DNA of 64,000 bases from an uncultured Clostridia bacterium. GTDB lineage: Bacteria > Bacillota > Clostridia > Christensenellales > UBA1242. The stretch spans positions 10,399 through 74,398 of the forward strand of contig CALWTS010000041.1 of the NCBI GenBank assembly GCA_944384535.1, read 5' to 3'. The notes under the pieces are model-generated. The model did not search any database. It had not been told where the DNA came from and worked only from the letters and a program-made list of their open reading frames with translations. A program made the position numbers and the translations under genes. Shown in pieces: positions 28,029 through 37,041 of the stretch (positions are counted from its first letter, which is position 1; the number at the start of each line of letters is the position of its first letter).

Positions 28029-28723
28029 ATTAATGGTTTCGTTTTTGGTAAATTTTTTCCTCTAGGATAAATATTATTAGTATGTTTTATTTTTTTTATA
28101 AATAAAATATAACGTAAACTATCAACCTCTTTAATTAAAAATTTTTCTGTTTTTTCTATAATTCCTCCAAGTTCTTTAATAGCAGTTTTACCAATATTAA
28201 GCTCTTCTAGTAATTTATTGCTTTTATACATAATAGCTACTCCCCCAATTTTTATGTATGGAAGTAAATATTCAGATAATGTTGGTAGTGACGCAACAGC
28301 GCGTGATACAGCAACATCAAATTTTTCCCTATTATTTTTTATATAATCTTCTGCTCTAGCGTGAATAGCCTTAACATCTTTTAGATTTAAATTTTCAACT
28401 AAGAGGTTTAAGAAATTAATTCGTTTTTGTAGGCTATCAAGTAAAGTTAATTTGATATCGGGTCGTAAAATTTTTAGAGGAATACCAGGAAAACCAGCAC
28501 CTGTTCCTATATCAATAACATTTGAATTTAAAGGTATATCTTGTATAGGTAAAATACTATCAATAAAATGTTTTGTGTAAACATCTATTTTTTCTGTAAT
28601 TGCAGTTAAATTATATTTTTGATTTTCTTGTAATAAAAGATTATAAAATTTTTCAAATTGTTGAATTTGATCATCATTTACATCAATTTTATAATTTAAA
28701 AATAGAGATTTAATATCAAACAT
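28016..28723 (-). CDS. rsmG: 16S rRNA (guanine527-N7)-methyltransferase RsmG
   Basis: SAM-binding motif IDIGTGAGFPGIPLKI. The start lies 6 nt after the mnmG stop. Confidence 0.9.
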   Translation of the reverse strand: MFDIKSLFLNYKIDVNDDQIQQFEKFYNLLLQENQKYNLTAITEKIDVYTKHFIDSILPIQDIPLNSNVIDIGTGAGFPGIPLKILRPDIKLTLLDSLQKRINFLNLLVENLNLKDVKAIHARAEDYIKNNREKFDVAVSRAVASLPTLSEYLLPYIKIGGVAIMYKSNKLLEELNIGKTAIKELGGIIEKTEKFLIKEVDSLRYILFIKKIKHTNNIYPRGKNLPKTKPLIKKI

Positions 28724-28729
28724 TTTTTT

Positions 28730-30601
28730 TTATTCCTTTTTTTTATTTTCTTCCATAACAAATTTTTTAACTAATACACTTAAAACAGCGATATCAGAAG
28801 GAGAAACTCCAGAAATTCTTGAAGCTTGTCCAATATTTAATGGTTGAATCTGAGATAATTTTTCTGCTGCTTCAAGTCTAAGACCGTGGTATTTTTTATA
28901 GTCAAAATTTGAAGGAATAACAGTGTTTTCATATTTTTTAAATTTTTCAATTTCTTCTAGTTGTTGTTTTAAATATCCTTCGTATTTTACCATAATATTC
29001 ATTTCATTTATTATATCATAATTAAACTTATCGAATACATGAAATAAATTGTTAATTTTAAAGGCATCAATATTACTTCTTTTAATCATATCTTTAATAG
29101 AAATACTTTCTTTTGGTAAATTTTCATTATTTGAAGTAAACAAATCTTGAATTTCAGAAATTTTATATTTTTTATTTAATAGACTAAATATTTTTTCAAG
29201 ATTTTTCTTTTTTTTAAGAAAAATCTTATATCGTTTATCATCAACTAATCCTACCTTTCTCCCAATTTCAGTTAGGCGCAAATCGGCATTATCTTGACGA
29301 AGTAACAAACGATATTCTGCTCTACTAGTCATCATTCGGTATGGTTCATTTGTACCTTTTGTCACAATATCATCAATTAAGACACCAATATAACCATCAC
29401 TTCTTTTTAAAACGAGTTGTTCCTTATTTTTTAGATAAAGATTTGCGTTGATACCAGCGATAATACCTTGAGCAGCAGCTTCTTCATAGCCAGAGGTTCC
29501 ATTAATTTGACCAGCGAAGAATAGTCCTTTATGAGTTTTTAGTTCTAAAGTAGGAAGTAGTTGAGTTGGATCAATACAATCATATTCAATTGCATAACTA
29601 TCTCTCATAATTTCAGCATTTTCTAATCCTTTAATAGAATGAATCATTTTTTCTTGTATTTTTACTGGCATAGATGTGGAAAATCCCTGAATATAAATTT
29701 CATTGGTAGAAAGAGATTCGGGTTCTAAAAACAATTGATGTCTTTCTTTATCTGCAAATCTAACTATTTTAGTTTCAATAGAGGGACAATATCTAGGACC
29801 TATTCCCTGAATTAATCCAGAAAAAACAGGAGCTTTATCTAAATTATCCCGTATAATTTTATGTGTAAGTTCATTTGTATAAGTAAGATAACAAACAGCT
29901 TTGTTTTTTATTTTCTTTTTAGTAATAAAAGAAAAATTTTGAATATTTTCTTCTCCATTTTGTACATCTAAAACTGAATAATTAACACTTCTTCCGTTAA
30001 TTCTTGCAGGTGTTCCAGTTTTAAATCTTAACAATTTGATTCCAAGATTAGTTAAGCATAAAGAAAGTTTCTGTGCATTTGAAAAACCATTTGGACCACA
30101 ATCTTTAGTCCATTCACCAATTATAATTTTACTTTTTAGGTACACTCCAGTTGCAAAAATGATTGCTTTAGCAAAAAATGTTTGTCCAACAGCTGTTATA
30201 ACATTATAACCTTCATTTTCTTTAACAATATCAACAACCTCTCCTTGTTTTAAAAAAAGATTTTCAGTATTTTCTAAAGTCTTTTTCATTTGATTGTGGT
30301 ATTCTATTTTATCTGCTTGTGCACGTAAAGATTGAACTGCAGGACCTTTGCCACTATTAAGCATACGGAGTTGTATCAATGTTTTGTCAGTATTAACTCC
30401 CATTTCTCCACCTAAAGCATCAATTTCACATACCAGTTGACCTTTTGCAGTTCCTCCAATTGAGGGGTTGCATGCTAAGAAAGCTACAGCGTCCAAACTT
30501 AAAGTCAATAAAAGAGTTTTATTATTTGTACGAGCTAGAGCTAAAGCTGCTTCACAACCTGCATGACCTGCACCTATAACAATTGCATCAAAGATTTCCA
30601 T
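28730..30601 (-). CDS. mnmG: tRNA uridine 5-carboxymethylaminomethyl modification enzyme MnmG
   Basis: 623 aa. FAD motif IGAGHAGCEAA and overall MnmG/GidA pattern. Confidence 0.95.
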   Translation of the reverse strand: MEIFDAIVIGAGHAGCEAALALARTNNKTLLLTLSLDAVAFLACNPSIGGTAKGQLVCEIDALGGEMGVNTDKTLIQLRMLNSGKGPAVQSLRAQADKIEYHNQMKKTLENTENLFLKQGEVVDIVKENEGYNVITAVGQTFFAKAIIFATGVYLKSKIIIGEWTKDCGPNGFSNAQKLSLCLTNLGIKLLRFKTGTPARINGRSVNYSVLDVQNGEENIQNFSFITKKKIKNKAVCYLTYTNELTHKIIRDNLDKAPVFSGLIQGIGPRYCPSIETKIVRFADKERHQLFLEPESLSTNEIYIQGFSTSMPVKIQEKMIHSIKGLENAEIMRDSYAIEYDCIDPTQLLPTLELKTHKGLFFAGQINGTSGYEEAAAQGIIAGINANLYLKNKEQLVLKRSDGYIGVLIDDIVTKGTNEPYRMMTSRAEYRLLLRQDNADLRLTEIGRKVGLVDDKRYKIFLKKKKNLEKIFSLLNKKYKISEIQDLFTSNNENLPKESISIKDMIKRSNIDAFKINNLFHVFDKFNYDIINEMNIMVKYEGYLKQQLEEIEKFKKYENTVIPSNFDYKKYHGLRLEAAEKLSQIQPLNIGQASRISGVSPSDIAVLSVLVKKFVMEENKKKE

Positions 30602-30814
30602 AATTTTCCTTTATATAAATAGAATTATAATAATACATATTATAGTTTATTTTTTATAAAAAGTAAATTTAAAATAAAATTTATAATGAAGAAAACTTTT
30701 AAATTTGTTATTTTAGAATAAATTTATTCCAATAAATAAAAAAAATTATAAAAAGACTTAAATTTTGCGTTGATTTATGTTATTATATATATAGTTAATA
30801 CAAACGAGGTAATT

Positions 30815-31642
30815 ATGGGAAAAATTATAGCATTTGCCAATCAAAAAGGCGGAGTTGGGAAAACCACAACTTGTATAAATTTAGCAGCTTACGTTGCAGC
30901 AATGGGTAAAAAAGTTTTAGTAGTTGATATGGATTCACAAAAAAACGCAACAAATGGATTAGGAGTTGATAAAAATAAAGACATAAAAACAATTTGTGAC
31001 TTAATTGCAGGAGATTCTAATATCGATGAGGTAATACTACCAACTATTGTTGAAGGTTTAGATATAATTCCATCAACAGTTGATTTGGCCGGAACTGAAG
31101 TAGAAATGGTACAGATGCCACAAAGAGAAAAAATATTAAAAGGTATATTAGATCAGGTAAGAGATAGTTATGATTTCATAATGATTGATTGTCCTCCATC
31201 ATTAAGTCTTATAACAGTCAATGCTTTAACAGCTTGTGATAGTGTTATTATACCTATGCCATGTGAATATTACCCTCTTATGGGAATAACACAATTAATG
31301 AATACTATAAGGTTAATAAAATTTCATTTAAATCCTAAGATAGATATAGAAGGCGTTGTAATGACAATGAAAGAAAAAAGGTCAAAATTAACAGCTCAGG
31401 TAGGAGATGAAATTTTAAAATTTTTTGGTAAAAAAGTTTTCTTTACATATATACCAAGAAATGTTAGATTAGCTGAAGCACCAAGCCATGGAGAACCAAT
31501 TTTAATATATGAGCCAAACTCAAAGGGAGCAGATGCTTACTTATCATTAGCTGAAGAATTTTTAGATAGAAATAAAGTTAAATATAAAGCAATAACAAAG
31601 GACACTAAGATAAAATTAAGAGAGGTAAAATATAATGGATAA
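30815..31642 (+). CDS. parA: chromosome partitioning ATPase ParA/Soj
   Basis: MGKIIAFANQKGGVGKTT deviant Walker A. The track begins at an upstream TTG (30770). Confidence 0.93.
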   Translation: MGKIIAFANQKGGVGKTTTCINLAAYVAAMGKKVLVVDMDSQKNATNGLGVDKNKDIKTICDLIAGDSNIDEVILPTIVEGLDIIPSTVDLAGTEVEMVQMPQREKILKGILDQVRDSYDFIMIDCPPSLSLITVNALTACDSVIIPMPCEYYPLMGITQLMNTIRLIKFHLNPKIDIEGVVMTMKEKRSKLTAQVGDEILKFFGKKVFFTYIPRNVRLAEAPSHGEPILIYEPNSKGADAYLSLAEEFLDRNKVKYKAITKDTKIKLREVKYNG

Positions 31643-32597
31643 AAAGAAGGGATTGGGAAGAGGATTAGAAGCATTATTTAATTTATACGAAGATAATAGT
31701 AATGAAATAATAACTAATCAAGCAAATCAAAAAAGTGTAAAAGGTGATGTAAAAACTGGCGTAACTGAAATGGAGATTAACAAAATATATCCAAATCCAA
31801 ACCAACCAAGAAAACACTTTGATGAAGAAGCTTTGCAAGAATTAGCAAGTTCAATAAAACTCCATGGAATAATACAACCATTAGTTGTTACTAAAACAGA
31901 TGATGATAAATATATGATAATAGCTGGTGAAAGAAGATGGAGAGCTGCAAACCTAGCAGAACTTGAAAAAGTTCCAGTTGTAATTAAAAATTATACCGAA
32001 AAACAAATAAAAGAAATCTCATTAATAGAAAATCTTCAAAGAGAGGATTTAAATCCAATTGAAGCTGCGAGAGCAATTAAACAATTAATGGATGAATATA
32101 ATTTAACACAAGAAACAGTATCGGATAGAATTGGAAAAAGTAGATCAAGCGTTGCTAATACATTGAGACTATTATCTTTATATCCAGATGTTATAAAAAT
32201 GATTGAAGATGGTAGACTGTCAAGTGGGCATGCGAGAAGTTTAGTTGTTATCGATGATACTACACATCAAATTAAATTAGCAAAACAAGCTGCAGATGGA
32301 AAAATGTCTGTAAGAGAATTAGAAAAAGCTGTAAAAAATTATTTAAATCCACCTAAAAATGCTAGTGTAAAAGTAAAAGAACAATCATTGGAATTAAAAG
32401 AATTGATTAATGATATGCAAAGAGTTTTTGCAACAAAAGTTTCTGCAATTGGAAATGATAATAAAGGAAGAATATATATAGATTATTATTCAAGAGATGA
32501 TTTAGATAGATTATCCGATATGATTGAATTATTAAAGAAAAAAGAAATCACTTTAGGAGATTTAAGAAATTATAATAAAAGACATCCAAACGAATAA
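31635..32597 (+). CDS. parB: chromosome partitioning protein ParB/Spo0J
   Basis: GLGRGLEALF, NPNQPRK, IIAGERRWRAA and the HTH region. Confidence 0.93.
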   Translation: MDKKKGLGRGLEALFNLYEDNSNEIITNQANQKSVKGDVKTGVTEMEINKIYPNPNQPRKHFDEEALQELASSIKLHGIIQPLVVTKTDDDKYMIIAGERRWRAANLAELEKVPVVIKNYTEKQIKEISLIENLQREDLNPIEAARAIKQLMDEYNLTQETVSDRIGKSRSSVANTLRLLSLYPDVIKMIEDGRLSSGHARSLVVIDDTTHQIKLAKQAADGKMSVRELEKAVKNYLNPPKNASVKVKEQSLELKELINDMQRVFATKVSAIGNDNKGRIYIDYYSRDDLDRLSDMIELLKKKEITLGDLRNYNKRHPNE

Positions 32598-32634
32598 AGA
32601 GAATGAAAAAACAAATTCATTCTCTTTATTTTTT
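32597..32634 (+). terminator. rho-independent terminator of parAB
   Basis: AAGAGAATGAA - loop - TTCATTCTCTT followed by TATTTTTT. Confidence 0.7.
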
Positions 32635-33052
32635 ATCAGATATATTTTTTTATGCACTCATTTAAAAATATAAAATCATTTTAATGAACAATTCTTCGTT
32701 CTAAAATGACCATTTTTAGCGTCTATTTTTATAAGGCGCATTTATTTTTTGTTTATCAAAATTATAAAATCGTCACTATAAAATTACATATAGCAACATT
32801 TATTTTAAAAAGAAAATTTCTTAATTTTGATAATTTACTATTTTATATTTTTTAATTGACATTGTTTTGATGTATTTTTATAAACAATTTGCTTATAAAT
32901 CTTTATTTTAAAAATTTTTTAATTATTACTTAATTAAACAGTAAATTTTCCAAAAAAACTATATTTTATAAATTAATATTAATATATATTTGAAATTTAT
33001 TTTTTAAAAACGGCAATTTTTTAATGAGTGCATATATAGAAGCAAGCTAAAA

Positions 33053-33068
33053 TGTTTCACGTGGAACA
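33053..33068. promoter_or_regulatory. parS centromere-like site (15/16 palindromic)
   Basis: TGTTTCACGTGGAACA matches the Bacillus-type consensus TGTTNCACGTGAAACA when read on the other strand. Confidence 0.8.
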
Positions 33069-33095
33069 ATTTTTTATTTTAAATTTTAATTCTAT

Positions 33096-33111
33096 TGTTT
33101 CACGTGAAACA
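33096..33111. promoter_or_regulatory. parS centromere-like site (perfect 16-bp palindrome)
   Basis: TGTTTCACGTGAAACA. Confidence 0.85.
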
Positions 33112-33223
33112 TTTTTGAATCAATATTAATAAATAAATATTTCTTTTAAAAAATAAATTTCAAACTAATTAAAACTGTTTGGAAAGATTGTTTGTGTATG
33201 GTATAATAACGATGGAGGTATTT

Positions 33224-33766
33224 ATGAAAGAATTAAAAGGAACAAAAACAGAAAAAAATCTTCAAGAGGCTTTTGCTGGAGAAAGTCAAGCTAGAAATAA
33301 ATATACATACTATGCTTCAAAAGCAAAAAAAGATGGTTTTGAACAAATCGCAAGTATTTTTGAAGAAACAGCAAACAATGAAAAAGAACATGCAAAGTTA
33401 TGGTTTAAAGAATTGCATGGTGGAGATATTCCAAACACTTTAGAAAATTTATTAGATGCTGCAGCTGGTGAACATGGAGAATGGACAGAAATGTATGCTA
33501 GAATGGCTAAAGAAGCAAAAGAAGAAGGATTTGATGAAATAGCATATAAATTTGCTGCTGTTGGAGAAATTGAAAAAAGACATGAAGAAAGATATAACAA
33601 ATTAGCTCAATTAGTGAAGGAAGGTAAAGTCTTTAAAAAGGTAAATAAAAAAATTTGGATATGTAGGAATTGTGGACATATTTATGTAGGAGAAGAGGCT
33701 CCAAAGGTTTGTCCAGTATGTAAGCATCCTGAATCATATTTTCAAATACTTGTTGAAGAATTTTAA
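33224..33766 (+). CDS. rbr: rubrerythrin
   Basis: [27 protein letters not shown], ExxH motifs ([16 protein letters not shown]), and a C-terminal rubredoxin-like CRNCGH...CPVCKHP. GGAGG RBS. Upstream promoter TTGGAA-17-TGgTATAAT. Confidence 0.92.
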   Translation: MKELKGTKTEKNLQEAFAGESQARNKYTYYASKAKKDGFEQIASIFEETANNEKEHAKLWFKELHGGDIPNTLENLLDAAAGEHGEWTEMYARMAKEAKEEGFDEIAYKFAAVGEIEKRHEERYNKLAQLVKEGKVFKKVNKKIWICRNCGHIYVGEEAPKVCPVCKHPESYFQILVEEF

Positions 33767-33782
33767 TTTTCATTTTATATAA

Positions 33783-33820
33783 AAGAAGTAGATTTTAAAA
33801 AATCTACTTCTTTTATTTTA
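33783..33820 (+). terminator. rho-independent terminator of rbr
   Basis: AAGAAGTAGATT - loop - AATCTACTTCTT followed by a T-rich tail. Confidence 0.7.
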
Positions 33821-33961
33821 TTTAAAAATGGATTTAAACAAAATTCGACACTAATACAAAAATTGTGCGAAAATTTTAGTTTTTATTTGTTTAAAAAAGT
33901 TATATAATATAGGTGCTTTTTAGAAAAGATAAATAATTTAGTGTAAGGAGAGTGAATAAGT

Positions 33962-34267
33962 ATGAAAAATGATATTTTAAAAGCATTAGCAATGAAAGCG
34001 AAAAACAGATTAATAAATAAGGAGTTAAGAAATACATATGCAAATACAAATGTAAGAATAATTGACCATAATGATCAAGGATTTTATGATAAAGTAAAAG
34101 AAATTATCACAAATGATGTTGATATATGTAATCCACTAAAGAGATTAATGGATGAGAATAAGTTAATGAATTTAGATGCAAGAGGAAAAGAAAGATATCT
34201 TTTAGACACAATTGAAAAATATCAGCAAGCAAGAAAATTAATGGAAAAAGAAAATAGTATTTGTTAA
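33962..34267 (+). CDS. hypothetical protein (101 aa)
   Basis: AAGGAG RBS upstream, and a hairpin terminator at 34352-34377. Confidence 0.65.
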   Translation: MKNDILKALAMKAKNRLINKELRNTYANTNVRIIDHNDQGFYDKVKEIITNDVDICNPLKRLMDENKLMNLDARGKERYLLDTIEKYQQARKLMEKENSIC

Positions 34268-34351
34268 AAAATTGTTATTAAAACATAACTACTTTTATAT
34301 TAAAATTTTTAAATAATTATTATAAAAAATATCATACAGTAAGAGAAATTT

Positions 34352-34377
34352 AACAATCTTTAAAAGATTGTTTTTTT
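34352..34377 (+). terminator. rho-independent terminator
   Basis: AACAATCTT - taa - AAGATTGTT followed by a T-run. Confidence 0.65.
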
Positions 34378-34809
34378 ATTAATAAAGAATTTGATTTTGT
34401 ATACAATAAAAAATTTAAAGTACTAGAAATTTTTATAATTTATCGATTAAAAATTATAAAGAAAATATTTATAAAAGATATTTATATATATTTTGTAGGA
34501 TCTTTATAAGTACTACAATATTTTGTTATTCATCTTAATGTTTTATTTTTATTATAGTAAATAATAAAAAATTTTTTAATATTTTTTTAGTTTAAATTAA
34601 AATTATACAACGGCGGTTAAAATCTTTATAGTATAATTTTATTATGTAATTTTTATTTGTTTATATTTTTCAAATATATCTTTGAAAATAAATTCAATTT
34701 TAATATTTAAAATAATATAATGATATAAAAAAAGAGATCAACTAGAAAAAGTTCTCTTTATATTATCTCTCTATGTTTCAATTATATCATATTAATAAAA
34801 TATTCAAAA

Positions 34810-34842
34810 CAAAAAAGAGAAGCATTGGATAAAACTTCTCTC
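34810..34842 (-). terminator. rho-independent terminator downstream of tRNA-Leu
   Basis: On the minus strand: AGAGAAG - 12 nt - CTTCTCT followed by TTTTTTG. Confidence 0.55.
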
Positions 34843-34930
34843 TTGTACTTAATTGTTGTTTTTTGCCTTGTTTTTATTAGTTGGAAATTAAAAAAAACAA
34901 CTAAAACCTAAAGGTTCGGATTGCTTTTAT

Positions 34931-35012
34931 TGGTGCGGATAACAGGAGTTGAACCTGCACCCTTTCGGACTGGAACCTAAATCCAGCGCGTCTGCCATTC
35001 CGCCATATCCGC
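34931..35012 (-). tRNA. tRNA-Leu, anticodon UAG, type II (long variable arm), CCA encoded
   Basis: Folded by hand. Acceptor stem is 7 bp (GCGGATA/TATCCGC). Anticodon stem CTGGA/TCCAG with loop TTTAGGT. T-loop TTCAACT. Upstream on the minus strand: TTGCAT-17-TATAAT. Confidence 0.92.
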
Positions 35013-35140
35013 ATTATTTACACCTTGTATTATATACGATTTTGAACGATTATGCAAGTAAACTATTAAAATTGTAAGTGATTATTTTATTTCTATTTAC
35101 AAATCTTTTCAGTTGTGATAATATTGTTGAAAGGTGTTTT

Positions 35141-35431
35141 ATGGAAAAATATATTCAAAAAATAAATGACAAAATTAAAAGAAACAATTCAGAAGAAAAA
35201 CAAATAAAAATTAAGAAAAGATTTCTTTTGGCTGGAGGTTTAACTCTAGCTATAGGATTAGCAGGTTTTCTGGCTTCTTTTATTTCTTTTATCGTTTTGT
35301 TTTTTAAATTTGACACAGATAGAGCATTAATTGCATGGTTTGTGGCAATACCTTTTATATTAATGATTGTCGCTGGATCAGTAGTCACTAGAATAGGTGA
35401 TATGTTATTAAAAGATAACGAACATATTTAA
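35141..35431 (+). CDS. small two-TM membrane protein (96 aa)
   Basis: MEKYIQKIN start with AAAGGTG RBS. The track starts at an upstream alternative codon. Two hydrophobic helices. Confidence 0.6.
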   Translation: MEKYIQKINDKIKRNNSEEKQIKIKKRFLLAGGLTLAIGLAGFLASFISFIVLFFKFDTDRALIAWFVAIPFILMIVAGSVVTRIGDMLLKDNEHI

Positions 35432-35454
35432 TTTTTAAAATATAAGGAGTTTTA

Positions 35455-36228
35455 ATGTTAGGAGCAATAATTGGTGATATAGTAGGTTCTATTTACGAGT
35501 TTAATAATATTAAGACAAAATATTTTCCACTTTTTAGTGATGAATGTTTTTTTACTGATGATACCGTAATGACTGTGGCTGTTTATAAAGCTTTAAAAAA
35601 AAGTAAAGGTAGAAAAGATATTTTAGCAAAAAATGTCATACATGAATTCAAAAAATATGGCAAACGTTATCCTGATAATGGATATGGTTTAAGATTTAAA
35701 AAATGGCTTATTTCAAAAAACAACGAACCATATTATAGTTTTGGAAATGGTGCTGGAATGAGAATAAGTCCTGTAGTTGAGTTTTCAAATTCTTTAGAAG
35801 ATGCTTTAGAATTATCTGACATTATTACATCCGTTACTCACAATCATCCAGAGGGTATTAAGGGAGCTCGAGCTGTTGTCAGTGCTATATTTATGGCAAA
35901 GAATCATAAGACTAAAGAGGAAATTAAAAAATTTATTATTGAAAATTATTATTCTTTGGATTATAATTATAATGAATTAGTTAAAAATTATAAGTTTAAT
36001 GAAATTTGCCAAGAAACGATACCTCAAGCAATTTTTTGTTTTTTAATTTCCAAGGATTTTGTTGATTGTATAAGGACAACAATTTCTATTGGTGGAGATA
36101 GTGATACGCTATGTGCAATTTCCGGTGCTATTGCTGAATATTACTACGGAATTCCTGAAGAAATTAAAATTAAGGCAAAAAAATTTTTAGATAAAAGATT
36201 ATTAAAAGACTTAAAAAAATTTTTATAA
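35455..36228 (+). CDS. ADP-ribosylglycohydrolase family protein
   Basis: MLGAIIGDIVGS, FFTDDTVMT, GNGAGMRISP, GGDSDTLCAISGAIAE. Confidence 0.85.
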   Translation: MLGAIIGDIVGSIYEFNNIKTKYFPLFSDECFFTDDTVMTVAVYKALKKSKGRKDILAKNVIHEFKKYGKRYPDNGYGLRFKKWLISKNNEPYYSFGNGAGMRISPVVEFSNSLEDALELSDIITSVTHNHPEGIKGARAVVSAIFMAKNHKTKEEIKKFIIENYYSLDYNYNELVKNYKFNEICQETIPQAIFCFLISKDFVDCIRTTISIGGDSDTLCAISGAIAEYYYGIPEEIKIKAKKFLDKRLLKDLKKFL

Positions 36229-36238
36229 AGGAGATTTT

Positions 36239-37027
36239 ATGAAAAACATAGCAGTAATCACTGGTGCTTCTTCTGGAATGGGAAAAGAGTTTTTAATTCA
36301 ACTTGATGGAAAATTTGATGAAGTATGGGCAATAGGTTTAAATATTGATAACCTTTCTGATTTAAAGGATAAATTAAAAACGCCAATTATTTATTTGGAG
36401 TTAGATTTAACCAAAGATGAAAGTTTTAATATTTATTCAAATCTTTTAAAAGAAAACAACGTAAATGTTTCTTGGCTCATTAATTGTGCAGGATTTGGAA
36501 AATTCGGAAGATTTGATGAAATTGATGTTGAAAGTTCTGCAAATATGATTGATTTAAATTGCAAAGCTTTATTAAAAATGACTGAAATAACTATACCTTT
36601 TATGGCAAGAGGTGGCAAAATAATTGAAATAGGTTCTGTAGCAGGATTTCAACCGGTCCCATATATAACTACTTATTCTGCAACAAAAGCTTTTGTAATA
36701 AGTTATTCAAGAGCGTTAAATATAGAATTAAAAAATTTAGGAATTCACATTACTTGTGTATGTCCTTTTTGGACAAAAACTGCATTTTTTGATAGAGCTT
36801 TAAAAACAAAATCGAAACAAGAAGTTGTCTCTAAGTATATTGCTTTATATGAACCAAAAAATGTTGTAAAAAAAGCTATCAAAGATACCATTAAAAACAA
36901 AGAAATTTCTATTTGTGGATTTATTGCTCGTAGCCAGGTTCGTCTTGTAAATATATTACCTAAACGTTTTGTAATGAATTTTTGGATAAGACAACAAAAA
37001 TTAAATAAAAAATATAAAAACAATTAA
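36239..37027 (+). CDS. short-chain dehydrogenase/reductase (SDR) family oxidoreductase
   Basis: TGASSGMG cofactor motif and the YSATK catalytic motif. Confidence 0.88.
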   Translation: MKNIAVITGASSGMGKEFLIQLDGKFDEVWAIGLNIDNLSDLKDKLKTPIIYLELDLTKDESFNIYSNLLKENNVNVSWLINCAGFGKFGRFDEIDVESSANMIDLNCKALLKMTEITIPFMARGGKIIEIGSVAGFQPVPYITTYSATKAFVISYSRALNIELKNLGIHITCVCPFWTKTAFFDRALKTKSKQEVVSKYIALYEPKNVVKKAIKDTIKNKEISICGFIARSQVRLVNILPKRFVMNFWIRQQKLNKKYKNN

Positions 37028-37041
37028 TGAGGGGAGACATT

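Noticed and set aside
33053-33111. The two CACGTG-centred palindromes upstream of rubrerythrin first looked like operators for a redox regulator (PerR, Rex or CRP/FNR-type).
   Set aside because: They match the 16-bp parS consensus TGTTNCACGTGAAACA essentially perfectly and sit right after parB. They do not fit the PerR, Rex or FNR box consensus.
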